Shown: positions 23,425-37,001 of the stretch, in pieces
Layout of the letters: each line of letters opens with the position of its first letter
How positions within the stretch are numbered: the first letter of the stretch is position 1
Assembly (NCBI GenBank): GCA_038496445.1
Contig: JALMLS010000275.1
Location: forward strand, 1-64,000
DNA length: 64,000 nt
Origin: Trichosphaerium sp. ATCC 40318
Taxonomy: Eukaryota > Protista > Tubulinea
Direction of reading: 5' to 3'
Notes under the pieces: generated by a model
What the model was told of the DNA's origin: nothing
What the model saw: only the letters and a program-made list of their open reading frames with translations
The model's database searches: none
Position numbers and translations under genes: made by a program

Positions 23425-25875
23425 CTACAATCTAGCGCGTAATAACTCTCCTTGGTTATCGTCTTCATTGTAACGAGTCCAGTTTTGAGCAATTGGTGCT
23501 TGGAATAGATGCTCTGGTATGTTAAAGGCATCAGCAAGGTTCAATGATTGTGGAGCAATATCAAGTACAGCACTTCTCACAAGATCAGAGAATCCGGCAC
23601 CTGACTTGATGGTAATGAGACCTGAGGTCAAATACCATGCCAAGTCCTTCTCTATGATATCTAGAGCAAACATACGTGCAAGTTTGATCAACATTGTACT
23701 ACACGAACACGATGAGTATGCGACAAAACAAAAAGCTGTAAAGTGACACGTACGTTAATGAGCGATCGTTAGATTTCTGAGCTTGTGCGAGCGCTTGTTC
23801 CATACACATGCGTTCTCCATGTGCTCTAGCTAGAGTTTGAATTGTATCACTCTCTTGTTTCATCCATACATCAAACAATTGTTGTCCTGCAGCCATTTTT
23901 GCCTGCATTTGAGTAGCGAGCTACATGTAAACTTAGCTAAGGTACAGTTCTTTTTTCTTTGAATCTCAGTGCGTACCTGCTTTACAAAAGCGATTTCTTT
24001 GAGCTTCAATAGCTTCAACAAATTGTTTGCATCCATGAGATCCCATGAAGACGCATTTCTAGCATCAGAGACAACAGGGAGCTGAACTTCTCCTTTTCTC
24101 AAAGAAGCCAATAATTCCTTTGATACCTTTTGCATCAAGACACTGTTGTCACCTTCAGCGGTCATACCAGCGTGTGCAAATCCGATAGCTTCACCAAGTC
24201 TATTACAACTCAAGTATCCTTGTCCACCTAATCGACAAAATGAGCACAAAGAGAAGAAGTAAACAAGAACAACATAAAAGGAAAAAAAGGAAAAAGAAGA
24301 AAAAAAGAACACAACGTACCGCATCTCTCACGACAAATAGAAGCAACACGCTCACCATTCCAAGTAACAAGTGGCTTGATTACGCAACATAGACGGACTA
24401 CATCAAAAGCATCCGAACCATCAGAATTAGCATAAAGATTCTTTACAAAATTCAAACCGAAGTTTAAAACAATTGTTCTGACCAACAAAGGTACTAAAGC
24501 ACGCTGTTGAAGCTGGTAGTCAAGGATAGGTGTATCACTCTTTCCCTTTGGACCAACAGTGAGGCGACTCGCTGCATAGCGTAGAGCAATACCCAAGCAC
24601 ATCTTGGCAGAAGAGCCAATCATTGAAGCGATACAAAGCCTACCGCTAAGCAATTGATCTGCGACTGTCAAGAAGCGTGCACGCTTCTTTTTGATATCTG
24701 TAACATATTTCCCTTCAGGCGTTACATCGGCATACTTGTTGAGAATATTTTCACGTGGGATACGAACATTGGAGAACCACAGTTTACCATTGTCGACACC
24801 ATTACACTCAATCTACAAAAACGATTTAGTAAAAATCGAGAAATAGTTAAAAAAAAGATCACAACAAAGTAAGCGATCTTAGATATCGTTTTAAAGTACA
24901 GAGAGCACACGTGTACTAATATTGCATAGTCGAAAAAAAAATTGCTTTTCGTATATCGGAGAAACGGGAAAATAACGAAAAAAAAATTTGCAAGTTACAT
25001 GCCTTGTAGCCCATGTCTTGGATAACAACACCTGGAGAAACTGACATATCTTCTTCTCTAATACGGACCAAGAAGGCATGTATACCTTCATGTACACCGT
25101 TGAACATGAGTTGAGCGAAAACTACGGCCCACTTTGCGTGTACAGCAGAGTTTGTGATCCAGTATTTTTGAGCAAGTGTGGAAGGAGTGTTAATGATAAA
25201 TTCCTTAGTTGAAGCGTCCCAAGTGGCTGTTGTTTCCATTTGAACGGCGTTGTTACCATAACCGAGCTCTACATAGTGTATAAGCGTGAGGAATAGATAC
25301 AAGGCGCAAGTGATGCTGTACCTGTCAGAGCGAAACAACCAACAGCGCTGAGGTCATCAATGCCTTTTACCAAATGACGATGACGTTCAGTACCGAGCTT
25401 TAGTACTGTACCACCGAATAAATTGAACTAGGCCTTGTTAGAGAAGAAAAGGGGCGCATTTGAAATAATTTCAGCATAGAACATTGGCCGTACTTGTACT
25501 GTCATTTTTGTTGCCATAGAACCGTCAATAAAGCCAGCAATTTCGTGCGCAGCGAAGATCATTAACGGATTTCGTTCGAAATCGAGCACTGAGATGTGCT
25601 TTGCCTCGCATATGCGTTTCAGGCGCTCCAGCGCTATTTCTCTCTGATAACGTAAACTAGTTTAAAAATGAACAAATAACCGCCAACAAGCTACGACTAG
25701 TGTTTTATACGTACCTAATGTTGTATCGTGGAACATAGATTGGGTCTTTGGCAAATTTCTTCATTGCTTGCCTCCGCTCATGGTTATCATTCTCAATGAT
25801 GTACGCAAGCTTGTCAACTGGGAAATTTGGAGGTGCCAAGCTTTTAGCGTGAGCAAATTTCTTGTATGTTGTCAT
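23425..25875 (-). CDS. Peroxisomal acyl-CoA oxidase (multi-exon)
   Basis: [35 protein letters not shown]; LLSGRL; [11 protein letters not shown]; CRERCGGQGY; [11 protein letters not shown]; C-terminal PTS1 ARL. Confidence 0.95.
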
Positions 25876-26189
25876 GCGATACACCAAGTTCAAGGGGTTT
25901 AAAAGTTATGTTTAGCAACGATCAATTGTTAAGCCGTTGAAATTACGCGATTACGTCACCTACGTTGTATTATTACGGCGTACAAACGAACAGTAGCACA
26001 AACACAGCGAGTACATGCGGCTGAGGCGCTAGAAAAACAATAAACAAAACATTTTTTGCTTTTCCAATTTTTATTGAGACATCCAAACGAAGCGTTCAGA
26101 GCAAACATTCTACAATCATTACAACGCTTGGGCGTGTTTTTTTGGTTTTTCCACTTGATTATTTTTTTTCTGAGACTTTTTACGTTCAT

Positions 26190-29100
26190 TTATCTCATCT
26201 TGCTGTTTTTGTTCTTCATCTTCAAGTAATGTATACCCTTTGTATCATACACGGCCTTATCACCAGGACCACATTTACCACCAGCGCCAGACCACCTCTT
26301 TTTATTATCTAGACGTGCTCTCTTGCAAGCAGCAAGTTTTTGCTAAAAAAATCAAAAGTAAGTTCAGAGAAATCAAAGGTTTGTTCGTCTATTTGAGCAG
26401 AAAACGAGGTGAAATAGTTCCATACCTTGACATTCCTGTATCCTTCACCTTCTCCTGGTGTCATTTTCAAAATTCTTGCGCGAGATTTAGATGTCTCAGG
26501 AGATTGAGACACAGTGCGTTTTCTCTTACTTCCAACAGCTGATCGTTCTGAAGAAAGTCCACGTCCACGAGAACGAGAACGATCGCGAAGTCTCTCAACA
26601 GCAAGAGTAGGATCTAATCCCATACCACGGAGATGTTCAGCCATAGCATCAATCTTGGTGGCATTCTAAAAAAAAGTAAGAAAAAATAAGGGTGTTATTC
26701 GTCCGGAATTTTTCAAACTTTCTTGGAGCAAAGATTAACGTACACCGTTGTGATCTTTTACTGTGACATTCTCATCAATAAGTGTAACAGCATGGAACTT
26801 GTTACGAGGTAATTTACGGCCTCCTCGAGACTATACAAGCGTCAGTTTGTTAAAACAAAGCATTAAATTTAAATATAAGACGTACATTCTCTAAACGAGA
26901 ATTCCAGATCATAACACGTTTCTTATCGCGAATACGCTTCAATAAAGATTTCTCCTCAGGCGTTAATGTCCATTTGGAAGGATCAAGCTTCTTCAAACGC
27001 TCACCGAGCTCTCGTAGGCGATCTATAAACTCAGTAAGAGAAAGCCGTTTGAAACTCAAAATAACAAGCCCTTGTACCTTCTTCTTCCTTTAGTAGCTCA
27101 ATAAATCGTTCCTCTGAGTCTGGAGCAACCCAATCGGCGATATTCTCACCTTCCATAATCTCTGGGATGGCATCCCAACGCCATTCATCGTCTTCAAGCA
27201 TGTAGTACTCTACAAAAAATATTAGAACTTGTTACTCGTTCTTTCATCTTTAACGTGCTTTTTAGATCGATGCCAGTCCAATCAGCATCAAGTCCTTCGT
27301 AGAGCATTTGTTGACGAATAAAATCCTCGAATTTTTGTTTTGCGACTGCACCATCAGATTTACCGACTGTATCAGGTATACTTGGTGGACGTTCCTTGAG
27401 AAAAAAAAACCATCAGTTTTGGGATCAAAAATAAATAAAAAAAGACTCTGAACTTACGATGTCATCACGTCTTTCTGGAATAGCAACATGGAGGCGATGA
27501 GCCTTTGCTTTAATTTCTCTGCTGAGTAATTTTTGCTCTGTACGTTGTGCGAGTAGGATCTCACATGCCTGAACAAAGGAAAGTTAGTTTATATTTCTTT
27601 GTAAATAAAAATGTTGTTTTTCTCGTACTGTTTCTTTTACTTTTGCAACATTATCCTCATTTACATTACTCATTGGAATAACTTGAACACTACCAGCTGC
27701 TGGGTTGTCTTTAACAATCTCATCAATCAAAGCACGGTCTGAGTCATTTAGTTCTTCAAGCCTAAATAACAGAAATTTAGGAATAGACGGTTTTTACACA
27801 GTAAAAAAAAAAAGCAAAAAGTGCTCTTTAGGATTTAACACCAACACGTACTTTACAAGATCAATCTTATTGAGTACCAATACAAGTGGTTTATTGGTAA
27901 AGAGAGGACGAATGTTTTTAAAGAGAGAAACCTATTAACATTTGTTATTCGAACGTCTTTGTAGATGGAGAAAAAAAAACTCAGAAGTTTTGGTTGCATT
28001 TTATGAAAAAAATAATAAAAACGTACCTGTTGTTTTATGGAATATCCGCAGGCCTCAGAAATATCAATAAAAAATAAAACGCAACATCTTAGATGAGCCA
28101 AAGCTGTGACAGACTGCATTTCAATTGTATTACGCTCTTGGATCTCATGATCAAGAATTCCAGGAGTGTCAATTACCTATCAAACAAAAATAAGGAAAAA
28201 AACATTTACGATTTTTCTCTGATCCAAGACATTTGATGCGCTTGATTTTTTGTCTGCATTAATAAGAAAATAATACGTACCTGCCATCGCAAGTATTTGT
28301 AGTCCATGTGTCCAACAAACAAAGATTTTGTTGTAAACGCATAAGGTTCAACTTCACAGTTGGCACGCGTTACTTTGTTCATAAAACTACTCTTACCAAC
28401 ATTTGGGTAACTAGTTTGAAAAAAAAACGTTAACAACAAAACCGAAGGAAAAAGAGTAAAAAAATTAGTGAATTTCACCCAGAAAGTGTAAAGAACATGC
28501 ATTCCGCGAAAGATATGGTTATTTTACGTACCCACATACTAACAGTGTACGTGTGGAAGGATCAATAGATGGTAAACGAGCTAAATGCTGGCGTACTTGC
28601 TCTAAGTAAGCAAGACTGGCCTTTTGTTTCTTCAAAATTGTAACCATACTATAATAAGACGTTAATACCATGTGTATTGCAGAATTAGGCGTTTTAGGAG
28701 CGAGCTTTTTTCTTTTTTGGTGTTTTTACTTACCGACCCAAAGCTGCGCGTTTTAATTGTTTGCAACGGTACATACTATCACCGTATTTGAGCAAGCGCA
28801 CATAATCTTTAGAAAGAGTATCGATGAGATGACAAGCTGTGTTGAGTTGACCCAAAGCGAGTTTGTAGTGATCTTTATCGTATAGTACGTTAACCAAACT
28901 GGCGTAGAAAGGGTGTAACTCCTATTTGAGCTAGTTAGAAGAATGTACTTGCTTTTTTACACAAATAACGTTACCTCCATCACAGGAAATTCGGTGATAA
29001 TGCGCGAGAGGCGATCATGGGTAATTTGTTGACAATACCGTACTTTTCTCATGTAGAATTTGCGTATTCTTGAAATATGGTAGTGTTTATGGACTACAGT

Positions 29101-29193
29101 AGGTGTTCCACGCATTGTTTTGGACAATACAATGTTAATAATCTCTGTTCCATCAGGAACTACCTGTATGTTCTTGAAGTTGTATTGGACCAT
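26190..29193 (-). CDS. NOG1: Nucleolar GTP-binding protein 1 (NOG1/GTPBP4)
   Basis: [13 protein letters not shown]; [12 protein letters not shown]; [16 protein letters not shown]; [30 protein letters not shown]; [10 protein letters not shown]. Confidence 0.97.
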
Positions 29194-29543
29194 CTTTTAC
29201 AGCAAACGGAAGAGGTACAACCAAAGCGTGAGAAAAATGAACGAAAAACTCTTGACTTTAACAAGACCACAGGTGCACACCGTCTCCTGAAAAAGGTGAA
29301 GTGCCTTTTGGTTTTGCTGTAGCGCTTACATTGTAATGCTTTGTCTGTAGCGCGTATGTGTATTTGTAGCATACAGAATAACGTGTTTTTGTTCGTACTA
29401 CAACGCCCACAGAGAAAATATTTTGTTTTTACTTTACAGTATTTTTTCTTTCACTTTTAACGGCGTAAATAACTATTGGGGATGTTGTAAACATGTTTGT
29501 CATAGCTGGAAATTTGTTGGCGTCTGTGATAATCTCATTCTTT

Positions 29544-30029
29544 CTAGTAGATCATCGCATGCTCGTCATGGCCGTGCTCGCTGTGGCCGTGTACTCTGTG
29601 GTGAACTAGAAGTGATTTAGAGGGCCAACGGCTCAATTGTTTTTGCGTTTTGTAAGAATAATGCGCTTCTTTCGCTTATGTTCACTTACCATAGTTCTTC
29701 CACTTGTACGAGTATCTCATCATAACAGCAGTGGTAATTGAAAGAGCAATCCACATCTACCCACGCTTTAGTTAATTTTACTTAATTTATACTTCCCAGC
29801 GCTTGTGAGAGCTTATTTGCACAATTGTCGCAAAGAAAAAAAATAAACGTACGTAACCAGTTCTGTATGGTCCAATTCTGTTCCAGAACCTGTGGTGCCA
29901 GGTTTCGATGGTAGGCAAGATAGGCGCATCACCCTTCATAGTCCTTATGTATTTGAGTGGCTCATGTGAGACATCTTTAGCGGCGGTTTTCAAGGCCTCA
30001 GCGGCTTTAGTGGTTGCTGGCTCTGTCAT
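29544..30029 (-). CDS. Small single-TM protein, probable mitochondrial ATP synthase subunit f
   Basis: Three exons: ..WHHRFWNRIGPYRTG-MWIALSITTAVMMRYSYKWKNY-VHHRVHGH..; size and TM plus Y..Y..H tail resemble subunit f. Confidence 0.5.
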
Positions 30030-30239
30030 CCTGTGCTGAACTGAACTTAAGAATTATTGCGACTGGAAACTTAATCGCAGTCTGAATAGACTTCCAAGAG
30101 CACGCCCTTGTTATAATTAATATTGAGTGCGTTGTTGATACATTTGCTTGTTGCACTGCGTCCAAATCTCAGATACCTCAATGTTTTTAGCCCTCAGACA
30201 TTTTCTGCTATTGTAGCACAAACCAGAAACAAATACCAG

Positions 30240-31880
30240 CAGCAGCAGATAGTAATGGGTAAGGGATCAAAGAGAAGAGGTGCAACGGTTGTGATTGTGT
30301 AATATCTCCTGCACGTGTGCAACAATTCATAGCTTGACCATTCAAGTATTTTCTTCTATTGTGCATCTACGATGCTTCAATGCAACTTGTAAGCTGGAAC
30401 TATTTCTGAACAGGATAGATTCGTTGGCGCGATCAATAACCAATGAACATATCGTCTACGATAAGGCTGGACTGCAATTTATGTTATAACAGCTTACTTT
30501 CAGTCGTGTAGGATAACTCTGTTGAAGGTTCGTACACGCTGTTAATCTACGACACAAAATTGCGCCAGTGGAGCAAGCATTAGAACTGGTGATCCAGTTG
30601 TCGCTACATAGTTATGTGAGAGGTAGGCGACCTGCTTTTGGAGTGTTTGCAGTTTAAGCAGAAAGGGAAGGTTTTTTAGATGTATAGGTAGCGTTAACGC
30701 CCTTGCTTGATGCAATGCAATTTTTTGCATGTAACCTTAGTGGCCTCGCGGAGTGATTTTAGTGAGTGTCACAAGACCTAGGGATTTTTACGGGCGAGTA
30801 TTGACGGCGGTGACATACTTAGTAAAATTGTATTTAGCATCAATTATTAAATGACATTCAAGTGTCACTAGCACCAAAGAATGAAAGTTGTCTCTTTGCC
30901 AAATACTGTAATATTGGATAGGTGTTTTCAAGGTTGTAACTGTTTTATTTTTATTTCTTTATTTAACGTCAATAGAAGTCAACTAAGACAACTTCTCTTA
31001 GCATTAAGAGCACAGTTCATCAGGCCGTCGTACGGCGCTATTTAAGTTGGTTGTAACTGCACTACAGCGTACTAGACTTAAACGTGTTAAGTTTCCGAAC
31101 TAAATTTAGGTCAATTTTCAGATAGCGCGAACAAGAATTGTGTTTCTTACAAACCTTCCCAAATCGTACTAAAACAGCTCTTGGTGAGTTTTAACGATAC
31201 CCACAATTTTTTTTGACAAAGAAATGCAACTCTACAAAAACCTTTCCATCTTATCTAAAGCTTGAGGTGCATAGTTGTAGTGCTTCCCGACTGACGGTTG
31301 CGGCTGATTATACTTCGTTTTAACTGATTGGGGCTTTCAGGGTAATTACTTCGTTTCATACTTCGCTTTCTCCCTGTTAGCCCTTTAAACCAACATTACA
31401 GCCTGATTTGCACTTGCGACATGATTATCTGCGATGCCGCGACAGAGCTGGCATCGCTTAAGGATAGTTGTGATTGCTTGGTGCTTATTCCGAAAGTCAT
31501 ATACTTCGCAAAATTGTTGTTTTCACGTAAAATACTTGTGCTGATTAAGGACACTGGAGATGAGTAAATCATCTACTTGTGTACCTTGGCACTACCTGAG
31601 GCACACTACGCGACCACCTCTTTTTGTTTTTGTCTACCCATGATCAGAAATACAGTCTCATCCAGTAAGGTCTCCTTCAGTGGTTGAAAGCACAAGCAGC
31701 TGGTAATAGCACGTAATAACAACAGCTGGACAGTAGTTTGGAATGCTTACTATACTGTATTGTGTTTACATAGTTTATGACAGTGTACAAGAGGCCCACA
31801 TAATTACCAGACATTGTCACAAAACTTGTTGGAAATGTTGGCACGTGGCTACTTGAAATACCCATTTCAGTGATGTACCA
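30240..31880 (-). pseudogene. Possible decayed gene of unknown family
   Basis: Coding-like composition with multiple stops; hydrophobic stretch near 30240-30290. Confidence 0.2.
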
Positions 31881-32138
31881 CAAGTAATATATAAAGGCTT
31901 TCTAAATCGATTTTTTTCCTTTGCTTTATTTTACAATTACAAGTGCAAAAAAAAACCTTCGATATTTGTTTTTGTCATGGTGAGAGGCATATAAAAAAAA
32001 TAGAACACAATCACGTTATCAACTGAATACAGTTGATTTTGATTACGTTATAGTAGAAGTAATATCACTACGTGTTTTTACCAAGTGGTGGTTCTTACTT
32101 ATTTCTTAGTTATACTTAATTTCCTTTTTCTTTCTTTT

Positions 32139-35100
32139 TTACTGCGTTTTGGTGATTTTTCTGGAAGATCAAACTCCTCGAACTCAGGTAGAACAACAAC
32201 AGGTCCTGAGTGACCCATAATTTGTGGTGTTGTTTTCTTTATACCTGTATACCATTTTCTCAAGTCTTTGGAGTTAGGTACACCTAAAGAAGAATATCAA
32301 CAACACACACTGAAAAACCAAAATTGGAAGAAAACAATTTTGCATGCGTACCGAAGTATAGTGTTGTTGCTCCTGACCATGATCCAGTATTGGATGGTTG
32401 TGCAATAGAAAACATTATCAATTTTGCTGATTCTCTGGATAGCTAAGTAGCGATTTAGCAAGAAACCAAGGTTATGTTATCTTTTCTTTTGTTTTTTTTT
32501 TTTCAATTTTCAACAACGTACACCTAATGTTGCCTTATCTACATTTGTAACGTTTGTTACTGTAGTTCCCTTAAGATCAGTAATCTGATTTGGGTGTTTA
32601 TCTCTCTTTTGTTTGTATTGGTACATTATACCATTACGTAGTACGATCCTAAAGGTAAATACTGTCAGGAACATCAGAATAAAAATAAAAGACCTAAACA
32701 AAAACTTACCAGACTTTTTTGACTTCCTTAGAAAGCATGGCTTTTGGTGTGACACTATAAAGGTATCCAGTATGCTCTACAACCTTAGGGTTTGAGCTAG
32801 GTGGTGCTACTCTATGAACAAGCAAGAATTTCTGAACTTCTTTGTCTCGAAGTAAGGCTTGCTTCTGTACTACTTGACGTAACCTAGAAAGAACAATGTA
32901 AGAACAGGTATATTGTCTTAATTATTTTGCGTACCAGTCCTCAAGTGATCTTTGTTGTTTTTCTACATTGAAAGGACTGAGTTGGTTGAACCACCCTTTG
33001 TTTGCCTTAAGGACAGGTACAGTATTTTTATAGCACAGACGCAACTAAACAAGAAGAGTAGAATATTAATGGCAAGCCGGATGAAGGTTAAAAAAAAAAT
33101 TGTTTAAATATTCGTTCGCACGTACGTGTTTATGAAGGTCTCCAAAATCAGAATGGCGACGGTAAACTGACCACCGACGGTCATTAGCTTCAATGACTAA
33201 CTTGAAAATCTAATTCCAATAAGCAAGAATCCAAGGTAATAAAGAAGAAAATATGAAAAAAAAGAGAAAAACGTACAGTGTACAATCTATTCTCAGCGTT
33301 TCTCTTCATTGCTGTGTGATCAATAATATCAACGACAACGAGACCAGTGACCTTGAATTCTGTAGGTTTTTGAGCTGCTGATGCACTTTTGTTTCCTTCA
33401 TTGCCCATAGCACCAACCATAGTACTCAGGCGCCTAAGTAAAGGAATTAGCAGACTTAAAAAGCAAAGAATAGTGTAACTTGCCATAGTCTGGTAGCTCT
33501 ATATTTGGATCTTGGAGAAACTAAGTCATTAAGTGGAGGAGTATTCGTAGCTCCACTTGTAGGCTTGTTTCTTGGAGGTAGTGGAGGACGAGGCCCAAAT
33601 TGAGCAGTCTAATGGAACACGTCAGAGTTGTAAAGGAAAATGACTTACCCTTGGTCTTTGTCTTCTTGGAATTTGCATAGAAGCGCGTCTAGATGTGTTT
33701 TTGGTGTATGTACCACCCAAACCAGAGTTTGGAGCAGTAGGATCATAATCATCTTCATGTGAGAAATCAGCGTGGAGTTTTGCCAACATTTGCTTGTCAT
33801 ATCCTACGCCACCAGAGGATGAATTCAAAATAGCCATGGATTTTCTCTTGGCCTGTCGAATTACTTGGTGAGCATGTCTTTCTGCAGATTGTTGGAGTTG
33901 TGAAGTGCTTTGTCTGAGACTCTGCTTTAAGTGTTCCATCTCTTCAGCAACCTTGAGTCTAGCGTCTTCACGTGTCATATCACGCAATGTGTTGGACTTG
34001 GCTTGGGCTGCTTCGCGTATCTTGGAGGCTTGTTGTTGGGCAGCTTCGGTAATGACACGCCCTTCCTCTCGGCTGAGACTGCTGGCTTCTTGAAAAGCAA
34101 TATCTTTTGAATAGAGTAAGCAATAATGATGCAAACAAAAAAGAAAAAAAAGTGGCTCACCTTGCACGCGCTTAGCTTCTTCTTCAGCGGATAATGATAT
34201 ATCTTGTAATTGTTTCTCCAAAGCAATACGTGATTGTTGTTCTACATTTGAACGTAGTTTTTGCATCTCTTCTTCTGCTTCTGTTCTCATAATAATACTT
34301 CTTTCTTTAGCTTTTTCTAGCACTAATTTTGCTTCCTCTGATGCTTTGTTAAGCAAGGCATCTGCACGAGTTTGAGCAATCTCTAGTGCTTCTTTTTCGG
34401 CTTTCTTTGTGTAATCCTTTAATAGTTGTTGCTTGAATGATTCTACTTCACGATGCGCTTCTTGTTTGGCAAGTTCAGCATCACGTTCTGCTTTTTCTTT
34501 TACTCTCTTTGCGTTCTCTTCTAACTCGGCAATCCTTTGATTTATCATAAGCGATTCGTCTAACATTACGCTTTTACACTTATTACGTACCTTTCAGCGC
34601 TTATTTTTTGTTTCGCTTCGACTTGTGAATCAAGTTGTTTCAGTCTACAAAATTAGTCAGGTTTTGAATTGGTAACTCAAATGGAGGCCTTTTTACCTTA
34701 TTTGTTGTTGGTTTTCGGCTTCTGCAAGCATCTCAAGTTTGGTTGATAGTTCGCGTTCCTTATTAGATAATTCGTTCAAACGTTTCTTGTTGCTAAGCTC
34801 TGTACGCTCAAGCTCTTGAAGACGTTGCATTCTTGCAATAAGTTCGCGTTCTCGTTGTGCGAGTTGTTGTTCTCTTTCGTTTAGTTCTTGCTCGCGCTTT
34901 AGCTTAGCACTGTGCTCGCTTTCAATAAGCTTTAACTTTGCTTTCTTAATAGCGTCACTGGCTTCTCTTTGCTCCTTATTTTTCTTTTCACGTGCTTCTT
35001 TTAATTTGGCTTCTAAAACAAAGTAAATTAGAAAGAAGTAACAACAAAAATTTTGGCGCAAGGTTTTTTCATTATTAGACCCCACAGCATACCTCGTTCT

Positions 35101-36679
35101 AAGCGTGCTTGTTTCATCTTTTCAATCCTTAGTCTCTTCTCAGCTCGGTCTGGTTTTTTGATTTCCAAAGTTGGATCTACCCATTTACCTTGTACAAGTA
35201 AGTACTTTGTGAGAAATTATTTTTACGTACTTGTAGTTATTGTAAATGGACTTGCAACAAGCTTTGAACCGCGTAAGAATACATCACAATTATATCTTCC
35301 TTCACTATCAAGCACAAACTCAACATCAAAGGAGTTATCACCGTTATCATATACATCAATTTCAATCTGTTGTTGAGTATCTAAGAACTCTACTCTAATA
35401 TCCTCTTCTTTGAAGTCTAAAGCAAGAAAAAAAACAATAAGATTAAAAGCTTACAATAGACATCTCTTTTTTCAATTCAAAAAAGTTGGAAAAGCATCAT
35501 ACCTCCTCCTTTTAAGTATACAGTGAATACTGTATCGGTATTAATAATTACAAGGTTTTCTATCGCTGGTCCTTCAACAATGGCAGTAAGAATGGTAGCT
35601 TTAAAAAAATCCGGAAGTTAGTGTCTGCTTTAAATTGTAATTAATGGTACTTACAATTACCAACAACTACCTCTACTGATGGAAAAATTTCGTGCTCTCC
35701 ATAAGGAAACCTGAATGTATAAATGCCTTCTGCACCTCGATGCCACTCAACGTCAAAAGTTTCATCGCCATTATCAAAAACTTGAGCATTGATAACATCA
35801 CCTCCAGGCTCTAAACAAACGACATTAAATACACAAACTTTCAGAAAGAAAAAAAAAAAGAAGAAAAAATCGCCTTATATACTCACGAGTAACCTTGACC
35901 TTCAATTTGGCCATTTGTAACTCTAGTTCTGGAACACATACTGTGAACATTTGGCTTGCATTCTCCATATCAAGCGATTCTCCGTTAAAACCTATTAAAA
36001 GTATTACGACATGCAAAAGAGCGCATAGAATAAATGCTAAATTTATAGTGTATTTTTTTGAGCGTAAGTTGTTGTACCGTAACCAAATAGTGTCGTTTCG
36101 CTTGGTACTGCAAGTGCTCCATTTTCAAGAATAGTATAGCCAGTTGGGGCATCAGCTAGATGACTTGTATGAGTAACTGGTTAAACTTACGATAATACTA
36201 CTTACCAGCTTCTTTCGCTACTACTGAGAAGGGGCTCCTTGCTGCTGGTGTTCCTCTAAAGAGAAAATTGTCAGGTAAGAATAAACTAAATAGATAATAT
36301 TGTACCTCACTGATACGTGTATAATAAGCAATCCTGGAGCATCAGGTGTGTAGCCCACGTCAAATGTACCGTCTCCGTTATCGTACACTGTTTTTGGGGT
36401 GAGAAGATCAATGAAGTGAAGACAAAAGCATACCGTCGTTGGTGACCACTTTCCCACTTGCGTCTAGCATCTAAGAAAGCGGTTAAAGGCACCAACTAAC
36501 AATTATAAACGAAAAAAGAGTAAAAAAAGTACCTTCACTTCTACATCATCTTCGCTTATATATAGCTCTTTTAAACCTTCCTGGACAGGTCTGACGAAGA
36601 AAATATTTTCCCAACCAACTGTAGCACTCTCAATACCTTCACCACCCACAAGTGCCGGTGCGAACACAGTAGCACTCAT
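32139..36679 (-). CDS. Filamin-repeat, long coiled-coil, PX and PH domain protein
   Basis: VYDNGDGTFDVGYTP-type repeats; E/K/A coiled coil at 33850-35010; RRWSVYRRHSDFGDLHK (PX); HTGYLY..KKVW.IVLRNGIMYQYK..DLRKWYTGI (PH). Confidence 0.85.
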
Positions 36680-37001
36680 TGTTTTGTATGTTGGATAACT
36701 ACTAAAATAATTGTAGTTTGACTTGAACGCTTCTAGTTTTCGATCGCTTTAGTACTTCTCCATACGCACAGAAAGGATTGGTTTCAAAACAAAATATCTT
36801 CACACATACCTAAAAAACCGTTCCAGCGTCAACGCTTATTATATCTACAGCTATTCTATTTAGTTGTAGGATTGGTTTTGTTACAATACGTAGCAAACCA
36901 AAGATATGGTAGACCTTTTTTTTTTGTGTTTCCTACGCAGCAAAAATTTGGTGGCGAAAATCTGCAGGAAAAACTGAGTAATAAATACACTAATACAAAA
37001 C

